Assembly: GCA_042563375.1 (NCBI GenBank)
Contig: JBHPMF010000005.1
Location: 3,568 to 67,567 of the forward strand
Source: Elusimicrobiota bacterium
GTDB taxonomy: Bacteria; Elusimicrobiota; Elusimicrobia; JACQPE01
Length of the DNA stretch: 64,000 nucleotides
Direction of reading: 5' to 3'
Under the pieces are notes generated by a model. It was not told the DNA's origin, did no database searches, and was given only the letters and a program-made list of their open reading frames with translations. Below are positions 1 to 31,400 of this stretch, piece after piece (position 1 is the stretch's first letter; each line of letters opens with the position of its first letter). The position numbers were made by a program, and so were the translations under genes.

Positions 1-445
1 GAAAACAATGGGATTTCACATAGGGGTTCTGCATGCCGCAAAAACACAAGGTCAGCGTACCGCGACCATGGAGAGTTTCAGGAAAGGTAAAGTCCAGATC
101 CTTGTGGCGACTGATATTGCAGCGCGAGGTATTGATGTTCAGGAGATAAGCCATGTTATCAACTATGATGTGCCTCAGCATCCTGAGGATTATGTTCACA
201 GGGTTGGCCGCACTGCCCGGGCTTACAGCGTGGGAGATGCCATAACTCTTATGGATTTAAGTGAACGTGCTGAAGTGGCAGCGATCGAGCGTTTTACAGG
301 CATCACGTTCCCGCGCGCCATGCTGCCTGATTTCCCGTATTCGTATCCCCCTCTTTTACATGTCCCAAAACCGCGTGCTGGCGGTATGCATCGATTATCA
401 GGAAGATTCGGATCCCGGGTTTTCAGCCGCCGTATAAAACGGTAA
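1..445 (+). CDS. DEAD-box RNA helicase, C-terminal fragment (5' end lies outside window)
   Basis: Frame is open to the window edge. Helicase C-domain motifs ILVATDIAARGID and HRVGRTARA are present, followed by a basic C-terminal tail. Confidence 0.85.
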   Translation, partial: KTMGFHIGVLHAAKTQGQRTATMESFRKGKVQILVATDIAARGIDVQEISHVINYDVPQHPEDYVHRVGRTARAYSVGDAITLMDLSERAEVAAIERFTGITFPRAMLPDFPYSYPPLLHVPKPRAGGMHRLSGRFGSRVFSRRIKR

Positions 446-484
446 AGAAAACACCACTCCTTTTCTTCAACTACGCTTTTTCCC

Positions 485-547
485 GGTAGTCGGACCCTTT
501 ATGGGTCCGCTCTGCTCCCCCGGTAGTCGCATGCTTGAGCGTGCGTC
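485..547. repeat. Two REP-like stem-loops of the GGTAGTCG-hairpin family
   Basis: ggtagtcggaccctttatgggtccg and ggtagtcgcatgcttgagcgtgcg each fold as a short hairpin. The same family recurs at 3347-3505, 10324-10352 (inside ORF1), 54415-54600 and 57237-57317. Confidence 0.75.
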
Positions 548-583
548 TTTTTACCAGCTAACAACCAACAGCAAACAACTTTC

Positions 584-1501
584 TTAATAATCCACATCCT
601 CGTCTATGTCGATATAAGCAGAATCCGGTTCGATTGATCGCGGGTTTATCCCAAGGCTTAAATTCTTAGGGTCTCCGAAGATCTTCGTGAGTATTGATAG
701 CAATTTATTGTCATTAGATCTGAGCCAGTCCAAGCCGCGCTTGCCCGCATGATCCCTTGTCCCAAAAAACATGGAAGCTGATACTGCGAAGTATTCCACC
801 ATGTTCTTTGAAGCGTAGTTGCCCGGGAACGGCAATGAGTTGTTCACCCTGCTTTCATAGGCGTCTATGAGTTCCTGGTGTCCCTCCCATGACACGACAT
901 AATGAACAGCATGCGCCATTTCATGTGCTGCGATAAGTCCAAAATGTTTGCGGACAGTTTTGTGTTTGGCTCCGGGGATATCAAATGGAACCACATCTTC
1001 CTCAGCGAATACGATCTCGATTCCGTTGACCCGCCTGGCGCATCCGCGCACTCTGTTAAAGGCCCTGCCGTCAGATGTCGGCTCACCTTTTAAATCAGCA
1101 AGCTCAGGCAGATCTGTTAGATCCCTGTTTGCCGGGATAATATATGCGGTGAATTGTTCGCTTTCCAGCTCTTCAAGCATCTGCATTGGCAGATTTATCG
1201 CCATTTCCCATATTATGGACTTGGCGTTTTGAAGCGCTTGTTCATATCTGCCTCTGTATACTATTCTGGATGTGAGGATGGTCGCCAGGTCCCTTCTTTT
1301 ATTCTGGCCGACATACGCGACTTCATTTATCAGGGGCTTGATCTGCTGCGCATCAGGCTTGAAATTCGACAGGGGGCTGAAGGCAGTCTGTGCGTTAAAA
1401 AGCGCTGTTGTATTGTTTGTCTTGAGAATATGTGCTGACTGATATTCAAACGCGTTTGCGCAGGAAACAGAAGCGATGAGGATTATCAGTAGTTTTTTCA
1501 T
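584..1501 (-). CDS. Exported HExxH zinc-metallopeptidase-like protein
   Basis: Start chosen at the internal ATG (1501) that gives signal peptide MKKLLIILIASVSCANA. Contains HEMAH plus a downstream EYFA (candidate third zinc ligand, gluzincin style). Its ATG overlaps the TGA of the upstream rhodanese gene (ATGA). Family assignment is tentative. Confidence 0.7.
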   Translation of the reverse strand: MKKLLIILIASVSCANAFEYQSAHILKTNNTTALFNAQTAFSPLSNFKPDAQQIKPLINEVAYVGQNKRRDLATILTSRIVYRGRYEQALQNAKSIIWEMAINLPMQMLEELESEQFTAYIIPANRDLTDLPELADLKGEPTSDGRAFNRVRGCARRVNGIEIVFAEEDVVPFDIPGAKHKTVRKHFGLIAAHEMAHAVHYVVSWEGHQELIDAYESRVNNSLPFPGNYASKNMVEYFAVSASMFFGTRDHAGKRGLDWLRSNDNKLLSILTKIFGDPKNLSLGINPRSIEPDSAYIDIDEDVDY

Positions 1502-2067
1502 CGGACTGTCTCGTATCCCTGTTTGATCCATTCTGTTATCCCGCCTGTCATGTTGTAAGCTGCTTGAAAGCCTTCTTCCTTCATCATGCCAAGAGCATTG
1601 CTTGAGCGTCTTCCGCTTTTGCAATAAACAAGATAAGTCATGCTTTTATTGAGTCCTTGCAGTTTGGATGTAAAGCTTCTGGAATAATAATCCAGGTTCA
1701 TTGCGCCTTTTATACGCCCTACACTGAATTCATCCGGGGTCCGCACATCCAGAATAACGAAGTGCTCTTTCCCCGTGTTTTCCTGTATCATCTTATACGC
1801 TTCTTGCGCTGAAATATTGCGGTTGATTTGCTGCTTGGTTTTGCGGTATTGAGTTTCTTGAGGTTTGACAGGTGCTGCAAGGGTCTTTAAAAGGTATTCG
1901 CGGACAAGTTGCTTAACAGCATCTTCTCCGGGAAATCCATCGAAAATCCCGATAGTCTGCGAGAAAACATCTGGTGTGTCTTGAGCATGAGCATTGTTGT
2001 GCGCGAGCGCGGAAACCATTGCTATTAGCAGTAGTCCTGCCAGTAAACTCTTTATTCTATTGATCAT
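1498..2067 (-). CDS. Exported rhodanese-domain sulfurtransferase
   Basis: Active-site loop CKSGRRS within a typical rhodanese context (VILDVRTPDEF...GAMNL). N-terminal signal peptide. Start set at the ATG preceded by AAAGGAG with 5-nt spacing (MINRIK...). Confidence 0.85.
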   Translation of the reverse strand: MINRIKSLLAGLLLIAMVSALAHNNAHAQDTPDVFSQTIGIFDGFPGEDAVKQLVREYLLKTLAAPVKPQETQYRKTKQQINRNISAQEAYKMIQENTGKEHFVILDVRTPDEFSVGRIKGAMNLDYYSRSFTSKLQGLNKSMTYLVYCKSGRRSSNALGMMKEEGFQAAYNMTGGITEWIKQGYETVR

Positions 2068-2170
2068 TTTTACTCCTTTCTTTTCTGTCATCCCCGTATC
2101 GAGTACGGGGCAGGCTCTGAACTTGTTTCAGGATCTTCTTAATTATTCCAGTAAAACGACTCACTACCGA

Positions 2171-2257
2171 GAGTCCAAAGGGCAAATCTATTAGGTCTTA
2201 AGTCCGGTCTAGCGCTGGATTAGCAAAACACGCGGATTAGTGTATAAGCGTTAGACC
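2171..2257 (-). promoter_or_regulatory. Conserved upstream element, copy A (about 87 nt)
   Basis: In gene orientation reads GGTCTAACGC..TTTTGCTAATCCAGCGCTAGACCGGACTTAAGACC..GATTTGCCC..GGACTC. It aligns with copies at 3275-3339, 5740-5828 and 48859-48945. Lies about 100 nt upstream of the rhodanese start, co-oriented. Confidence 0.6.
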
Positions 2258-2260
2258 AAA

Positions 2261-3181
2261 TCATTTTTTACACCCAACACTGCCGAGTTTTCCCTGGCTT
2301 TTGCACTGTTTGTCTGAAGGGTTGCATGCCAGGCGCACATGAAAGTGGTCATCGTGTTTTGGCCAGTGCTGCAAATGGAGAAGCACTGTTCTGCCTGTTT
2401 TATCCCCCCCATATACCTTGCAGAACAGGTCTTTGATCGCGGAGTCAGTGAAAATCCTCACAGTCGGCGCGTATAAAACAGCGTTTTTGACAAGCGCCCA
2501 GTTCTTTTCAATGTCAAAGTTCTTTTTAACCCTGCCTCCCTGTATAAATCCTGCTCCGAATCCTGTTTTATTGGGGCTTGGCCTGTTTTCATTCTTCCCG
2601 ATGATATCAATATCAATATCAAGCCCGTTTTGGTGGGATTTGCTATACCCGGACGCCCCACCTTTGGGGCCGCTGATATTGCCTATCTGGATAACAGAGC
2701 CCGGAAACTCACTGCCATATGCTGCGCCCATTGCTTGTATCGCGGAGATAGTCTCAACAGTACCCCAATGCAGGTTTCTGCTGCGCGATATCTTCATATA
2801 TCCATTCCCGTCCATGGGCAAAGCCACAGCGTTTTTTAGACTGCCCCGGGTATAAAATCCGATCGCTTCGGAAGAAGATGCCTGGTTCTTGTCACTTCCG
2901 AAAAATTTGCGGGCACGGTTTTGCGGCATCAGACTTTTTAAGATATTCGGCAAAGTCGGCTTGGAATGAGCTCCTGCTGTAAATGATAGATCAACATCTT
3001 GGCCGCTGGCAGGGAAGTCATCGATCATAACAGGCGCGATCTTGTTTGGGACCATGTGCCCCGGTCCGATGTCAAATATGGTCCTTGCATGTTGCGGTCC
3101 CGGGTTTGCCATGGGTCCGAAACAGTGCCCATTAAAGCAGAATGCGCAAATATAGACTAAGGTTAAGCTGGATATCTTCAT
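2261..3181 (-). CDS. mepA: Penicillin-insensitive murein endopeptidase (MepA / peptidase M74-like), exported
   Basis: Motifs SHQNGLDIDI and HDDHFHVRLAC match the MepA metal-binding signature. Start set at the ATG with AAGGAGG 5 nt upstream (MKISSLTLVYICAF... signal peptide). Confidence 0.8.
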   Translation of the reverse strand: MKISSLTLVYICAFCFNGHCFGPMANPGPQHARTIFDIGPGHMVPNKIAPVMIDDFPASGQDVDLSFTAGAHSKPTLPNILKSLMPQNRARKFFGSDKNQASSSEAIGFYTRGSLKNAVALPMDGNGYMKISRSRNLHWGTVETISAIQAMGAAYGSEFPGSVIQIGNISGPKGGASGYSKSHQNGLDIDIDIIGKNENRPSPNKTGFGAGFIQGGRVKKNFDIEKNWALVKNAVLYAPTVRIFTDSAIKDLFCKVYGGDKTGRTVLLHLQHWPKHDDHFHVRLACNPSDKQCKSQGKLGSVGCKK

Positions 3182-3274
3182 AACCGCCTCCTTTAGTTTT
3201 GCCAAGTTTGTGATCATGCTAAAAGGTTAGGTGGAAATTAAACACGGTAAAAGGGACTTAGGTACGGAATTTAT

Positions 3275-3339
3275 GGGACTTAGGTCTCATCTAGCGCTGG
3301 ATTAGTAAAAGGGGCGGTTTGGTGTATGTGCGCTAGACC
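3275..3339 (-). promoter_or_regulatory. Conserved upstream element, copy B
   Basis: In gene orientation reads GGTCTAGCGC..CCCCTTTTACTAATCCAGCGCTAGATGAGACCTAAGTCCC. A partial duplicate of the GGGACTTAGG end lies at 3253-3262. About 70-95 nt upstream of the mepA-like start, co-oriented. Confidence 0.6.
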
Positions 3340-3346
3340 AGGTTTT

Positions 3347-3505
3347 GGTAGTCGCATGCTTGAGCGTGCGTCTGCTTTGTCTCCCTTTCGGTAGTCGCAC
3401 CCTTTATGGGTGCGTTTTGCTCTATCGCGTTGATCAGAACAGAAAAGAACGCACCCATATCCCGTGGGCATACACGGGACTGCTTCGCTGAAGGATGCGA
3501 CTACC
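3347..3505. repeat. Cluster of GGTAGTCGC-type REP hairpins in both orientations
   Basis: ggtagtcgcatgcttgagcgtgcg, ggtagtcgcaccctttatgggtgcg, and inverted partners cgcacccata and gcgactacc. The 96-aa ORF 3280-3570 is made of these repeats. Confidence 0.75.
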
Positions 3506-3572
3506 AAAAAAACAGATAGGCAAAAAAAACGAGCCTGCTTCGTATTCTGTATGTAAAGGAAGGAAACCAAGT

Positions 3573-4430
3573 CTAGAAGTCGAAGAGTTTGGTGAGTTTG
3601 GCTTCAGCTATCACAAAAGCTGAGCGATCTTTTTTCTCATCAACAGAATAAGCAGTAAGACTTCTTGCCGCGCTTTGGAGATGATGGATAAAGCCCGTCA
3701 ATGAATCAAGGTCAGCCCTGACGCTGTAGCGGAATCCATCTATCAGCTTGCCTTGCTTTTTAGACAACGCAGCATTGTATTGCGTTGCTGTTTCCTTTAA
3801 TGACTGGCTGCGCGCGTCTTTTGGAGGGAATTGGATCACTTTATCAGCTATTGGGCTTTGATACTTGTCATCTTTCACGCGTTTGGCAATTCCATGCTTG
3901 CATAGGATCTGCATGGCAGCATTGATTTCTTTTTTTGGCATTTTAACCATTTTGGAAATTTCCTCGGATGAGACAGGATCTTTGGAAGCTGCCAATATCT
4001 GAAAGCACCAGTATGTGGCCTGAGTTTTTAATATCGCGTCATGCTGGACAATATTAATATGGACCGGGTTATCATAGGCAACCTTTTTCAAGGCTTGAGA
4101 ACCCGGGTCCAGCATTGTTTTATCCGCGGTTTCTTCGCGCAAACAAGCCATTATCCATTTGGCAAGGTCCGCTGATTTGAACCATGTTTCAAGATATGAA
4201 AGCGCAAGAGCTTTCAGGTTGGCAGGTGTTAAAGGCGCGCGCAAAAGAGTGCATAAAAGCTGAAGGCGCTCCGGCTTGGGGAGGTGATCCCCGTCTTCAA
4301 GCTTCAAATAATTCTGGAAACTGCAGTCAAAAACCTTTGCCCCGCCGTTCTTGTGGAAGAACTGGTATGCTGTTTCGAAACCCGCTTCTTTTCTTAAACG
4401 CACAAAGACTCTTGAGAAAGGTGTTTTCAT
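3573..4430 (-). CDS. HTH-domain protein, paralogue 2 of a tandem pair
   Basis: N-terminus resembles an XRE-type HTH (LRKEAGFETAYQFFHKNGG...NYLKLEDGDHLP). C-terminal part is winged-helix-like (SEEISKMVKMPKKEINAAMQILCKHGIAKRV). Clearly paralogous to 4434-5291. Resemblance to the TIGR02147/DUF4423 family is unverified. Confidence 0.7.
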   Translation of the reverse strand: MKTPFSRVFVRLRKEAGFETAYQFFHKNGGAKVFDCSFQNYLKLEDGDHLPKPERLQLLCTLLRAPLTPANLKALALSYLETWFKSADLAKWIMACLREETADKTMLDPGSQALKKVAYDNPVHINIVQHDAILKTQATYWCFQILAASKDPVSSEEISKMVKMPKKEINAAMQILCKHGIAKRVKDDKYQSPIADKVIQFPPKDARSQSLKETATQYNAALSKKQGKLIDGFRYSVRADLDSLTGFIHHLQSAARSLTAYSVDEKKDRSAFVIAEAKLTKLFDF

Positions 4431-4433
4431 TGT

Positions 4434-5291
4434 CTAATAATCAAAAAGCTTATACATCACTGCCTGCACAAGCACATATGCTGAACGGTCTTTTTTCTCA
4501 CTGGTCGTGTATGCTTTGAGATTCTTTGTTGCGGCAGCCAGATGCGGCAGAAGGTTGTTGAGCTTGTCCAAATCGACCCTGCCGCTGGTTATATGTCCGC
4601 CGATCATGGAACCGCGTTTTTTAAGCATCATCTCATGGTACTGCGAGCTTTTCCCCTTTACCGAGGGGTCTTGCAGAACGCGAGTGGGCAATGAGATATT
4701 AGCGCCGATCAGGCGGGATATGTACTCATCATTTTTGACGCATTTGATGATCTTATGCTTGCACAGCTCCTTTAAAGCTGATTCTATTTCTTTTCTTGGA
4801 ATGTGAGTTGCTGTTGTAAAATCTTCTGTTTTGAGCGGATCTTTCGAGTTTGAGAGCATTGTAAAACACCAGTAGGAAGCTGGATTTTTGTGGATCACTT
4901 TGTGCTCTTCAATGCTTATATGCACTTTGTTTTGCTGTGAGAGCTTATTCAAAGCCATTGTTCCGGGATCAGAAACAGCGTCATCCTTTATAGCGTCTTG
5001 CAGGGAATTCACTATCCATTTGGCAAGATCCGCTGACTTAAACCATGTTTCCAAATAGGCTTTTATAAATTCCTTGAGATCATGAGACTTTAGCGGAGAA
5101 CGCATGCATGCATATAGAAGCTGAAGGCGTTCAGGCTTGGGAAGATGGGTCCCGTCTTCGATCTTGAGATAGTTTTGAAAACTGCACTTGAATACCTTGG
5201 CCCCTCCGTTCTTATGGAAGAATTGGTAAGCAGTCTCAAACCCCGCATCCTTCCTTAGGCGCATAAAGACTTTTGAAAAAGGCGTTTTCAT
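4434..5291 (-). CDS. HTH-domain protein, paralogue 1 of a tandem pair
   Basis: Start set at MKTPFSKVFMRL to match its paralogue. Same architecture. Only 3 nt separate it from the downstream paralogue. Confidence 0.7.
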   Translation of the reverse strand: MKTPFSKVFMRLRKDAGFETAYQFFHKNGGAKVFKCSFQNYLKIEDGTHLPKPERLQLLYACMRSPLKSHDLKEFIKAYLETWFKSADLAKWIVNSLQDAIKDDAVSDPGTMALNKLSQQNKVHISIEEHKVIHKNPASYWCFTMLSNSKDPLKTEDFTTATHIPRKEIESALKELCKHKIIKCVKNDEYISRLIGANISLPTRVLQDPSVKGKSSQYHEMMLKKRGSMIGGHITSGRVDLDKLNNLLPHLAAATKNLKAYTTSEKKDRSAYVLVQAVMYKLFDY

Positions 5292-5571
5292 ATTACAACT
5301 ATACAAAAAACTTCCCAAATTCTTTCCGTTTCATATTTTTGTAGCTCGGCCTCTTGTTCCCTCCGGGAATACCTGAGGCTACCGGAGAAAAGCAATTTCT
5401 TCATTGATGAGCGCCGCCGAACCAATGTTTGCCAAGCGAACCCTCTTCTTTTATGTCTCTTGTTTCATCATTCCCCGAAAAAGCGGACACTTTATTAAGA
5501 CGCAATACACCGCTCTGACCTTCCCCCATTTTCTAGACTATTTGCAGGTTTAAAAAATCAGTCTTAAGATT

Positions 5572-5690
5572 GTCATTCCAGCGGAGGCTGGAATCCAGTT
5601 CCATTGTTTTTATAGAGATCCTTTTCTTAATATTCAGAGAAGAGTCTTTATAAAACAGCGGTGCTGGATCCCTGCCTTCGCAGGGATGAC
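5572..5690. repeat. Inverted pair of GTCATYCC...GGRATCC palindromic repeats
   Basis: gtcattccagcggaggctggaatcc and ggatccctgccttcgcagggatgac are each hairpins and lie in opposite orientation. The same family is translated in-frame at 15905-15935 and 35044-35070. Confidence 0.7.
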
Positions 5691-5739
5691 AAAGAAGGCA
5701 GGATCTCATCATCGCGTCATCTCATTATCATTCTCCCTT

Positions 5740-5828
5740 GGTCTAGCTTCTATTTACCAATCCCCCCCTTTTACTAATCCACTGCCAGACGAGACTTAAG
5801 TCCCAATGTTTTTAGTCTATGGACTCAA
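5740..5828 (+). promoter_or_regulatory. Conserved upstream element, copy C
   Basis: GGTCTAGCTTCTATTTACCAATCCCCCCCTTTTACTAATCCACTGCCAGACGAGACTTAAGTCCC..GGACTC. Ends about 40 nt upstream of the giant ORF1 start, co-oriented. Confidence 0.6.
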
Positions 5829-5866
5829 GGCAGGGATCGGATTCTCGGCAATAATATATGTAGAGG

Positions 5867-28357
<22,491 letters not shown>

Positions 28358-28362
28358 CTCTT

Positions 28363-28443
28363 AAGTCATTCCTTCTCTTCGCCCTCATCCCCGCTGCAGT
28401 TTTCCTGGCCGCTCTCAGCCTCCCCGGCATCAGCGAAGCCGCG
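28363..28443 (+). repeat. Conserved TM/signal-like element H9, in the ORF2 frame but upstream of the ORF2 ATG
   Basis: KSFLLFALIPAAVFLAALSLPGISEAA is encoded immediately 5' of ATG 28444. There is no ATG, GTG or TTG in this frame between the stop at 28285-28287 and 28444. Confidence 0.8.
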
Positions 28444-31400
28444 ATGGCCGTCAGTGACTCCTCCTCCGGATTCCTTTCTTTTCTTTCTCCTCAGCTTTTT
28501 CCACCTCCCCTCTCTGTCATCCTGCGTGTCCTCCATAGCTTTAGCGACGGAGGGAACTTGATTCCGGATCTCTTCTCTTTTTCCCCCTCATTATTCGCCT
28601 TATCTCTTTTTTCATCCCTCAGCCCTCAGCCCTCAGCCCTTCTTGGCCTCGGTCTCCTAGCTATGGTCCAAACCAAAAAAACACTCCCGTCTCCTTATGA
28701 CATTCCCGCGGATTCCCCGGAACAAAGACAAAAAATCGCACAAGCAGCGCTTTTTTTAAGCATGTGGATACCGGCTGTAGAATCCTCGGATATAGGCGTA
28801 AGAGCAGGCGCTCTTTCGGGCGCGGGCGAACTCATCCAGATCTTTCCTGAAAAAAAAGAGTGGATGTTTGAGCTCGTGAAAAAAGGAGTGAATAGCACGA
28901 AACCCGTAAGTCGCGCTGCTCTTACAAGTCTTGGGAAAATAGCTCGGGTCATGCCCGAGAAGGCTGATGAGATCCTGGATATATTGCGCAAGGGGATGCG
29001 GATGAATGACTGGCATGTGCGCCAAGCCGCTGCCTTGGGTCTCGGAAGCGCAGCACAGGTCATGCCTGAGAAGGCAGACGTGATCTGGGAAATCATGACC
29101 ACGTCGATGAAAGACGTTAGCGCATATCAACAAACCGCTTTTGCGAGCCTTGGAGGGATAGCTCGAGCCATGCCGGATAAACAAGATGAGATTCTTGCAA
29201 TACTCAAGAGGGGGATGCAGCATACCGATTGGTATGTTCAAAGAGCTGCCGGCTTAAGTGTTAAGGATATCGTCCAGTCTATGCCCAATAAGGCAGAAGA
29301 GATTTTTTATATGACAACGAAGATAGAAGAAGAGGGGGCTATGATCGGAGTTTTTGCGGGACTAGGCGCAATAGCGCAGGCTATGCCCGAGAGAAAAGCA
29401 AAGTTTTGGGATATGGTGAGCAAGGGAATGAAAGGCGCTTGGTATATGCGGCAAGCTACCCTCTTCGGTCTTGAGCACATGGTTCAGGCGATGCCCGATA
29501 AAGCGGTGGAGATTTTAGATATTGTGAGCAATGCGATGGAGTCCAGTAACTCTGAAACGCAGGAAGGCGCTGTATCAGTTCTTGGGAGTTTGGCTCGATC
29601 TCTGCCTGAGAAGTCAGAAGAGATATGGAAACTGATGAAGAGGGGGATGAAGGATGAGAGTTCGAAGGTGCAGCAAACCGCTGTCTCAAACCTTAGAGAA
29701 ATAGTTCGGGCTATGCCTGAGAAGGAGGGCGAGTTCCTGGATATGGTGAAAAAGGGCATGACGGGCACTGGCTTAAAATCGTGGCAAGCTGCTTTTGTTC
29801 TTGGAGAAATGGCACAGATATTGGATCCGACTTCCCTGAGAGACTTATGGAGCTATGTAGAGCAGAATGTTCCGGACCCGAAACTCCGCATCCATGCTTA
29901 CCAAGCTGTTTCACACATAGCGGATGAAACTTCCGACAAAGACATGGGTATCGCAGCAATGATCCAGAGTAAAAGCATGCCTGATATTCTCTCGGATATC
30001 CTCCCGGATTCCCCGGAGCAAAGACAAAAAATCGCGCAAGCAGCGCGCTTTTTAGGCATGTGGGCATCTGCCATGGAATCTCCGGATGAAGATGTGAGAG
30101 TCGGGGCTCTTTCCTCATTACGCGAGTTGGCGCAAGTTATCCCTGAGCAAAGGTCCTGGATGTTCGAGATGGCGAAAAAAGGAATGGAGGATGACAGCGC
30201 GCGCATATGGCATACAGCCCTGTTGGTCCTTGCGGATATGACCCGATCCATGCCTGATAAAGCAGATGAGATCTGGGAGATAGTGAACAAGGAAATAAAA
30301 AACAGTGACCGGCGAATTCGGCAAACCGCCATCTTAAGCCTTGGGAGCCTGGCCGAAACAATGCCCGGAAAGTCAGATGAGATCCTGGAAATAGTGGGCA
30401 AAGAGATCAATGATGATGACTGGAAAATACGTAAGACCGCTGTTTCGGTCCTTGAGAGCATGGCTCGATCCATGCCTGAGAGATCGGATGACATCTGGAA
30501 GATGGCGATAAAAGCCATGGAAGATGAAGATGGATATGTTCGCCAGGAAGCTGTTGTCGGCCTTATATCCCGAGTCATGCCTGAGAAGGCAGAAGAGATC
30601 TGGGAGATAGCGAAAAAAGCGATGCAGGATGATGACTGGCATAAGCGCCAAGCTATTGTTTCAAGATTGGGAGATATAGCGCGAATCATGCCTGATAAAG
30701 CAAAAAAAATCTGGGAAATGGCACGCAAAGGGATGGAAGACAATGACTGGAGAGTGCGCCGAGCTGCTGCCTCAAGCCTTGGCGACATGGTTCAAACCAT
30801 GCCTGGAAATTCAAGCATGATTTGGAAGATAGCGAGTAAGGGGATGGAGGATGCTATATGGCTTGTGCGCGAAGCCGCTTTCTCAAGCCTTGGAGGCATA
30901 GTCCAAGTTATGCCTAAAAAGAGAGATGATATTTGGAGGATGGTAAGGGAAAGCATGAAAAAGTCTGATTTGTACGAGAACAGGTCCAAACAACGAGCTG
31001 TTCTTTCAAATCTGGGAGACATAGTCCGAGCCATGCCTGAAAAAGCAGAAGATATTTGGGAAATAGTAAGTAAAGAAATGTGGTACGCTGACCCGGATAC
31101 GCGCCGGGCTGCTGTTTCAATCCTGGGAGACATAGCCCAAGGCATGCCCGAGAAAACAAATGAGATTTTGGAAATGCTAGTCAAGGAAATGGGGAGTTTT
31201 AACGGGCATACGCGCCAGGCTGCTGCCTCAAGCCTTTGGGATATAGCCAAAGCCATGCCCGAGAGAGCAGATGAGATTTTGGAGATAGTGAGCAGTAAGA
31301 TACAGCATGGTGATCGGTACGTACACCAAGCTGTTGCCTTAAGTTTCGGGGACATGGCTCAGGCATCGGATCACGCTTCTTTAAGGGAGTTATGGCACTA

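Noticed and set aside
2171-3339. The conserved 65-90-nt elements as integron attC sites flanking a mepA cassette
   Set aside because: The window has no integrase or attI. Copies occur in both orientations, following local gene direction, instead of forming a unidirectional cassette array. The palindromic potential is weak or absent in copies C and D. This is retained only as one of several hypotheses in the findings.
3280-3570. 96-aa ORF on the - strand between mepA and the HTH genes
   Set aside because: It is composed almost entirely of conserved element B and GGTAGTCGC-type REP hairpins. No RBS is present, and it is not credible as a protein.
5292-5866. Specific -35/-10 promoter call for the giant gene
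   Set aside because: Only weak hexamer matches were found (e.g. TAATAT at about 5852), with no convincing -35 at proper spacing. I am not confident enough to annotate a promoter.
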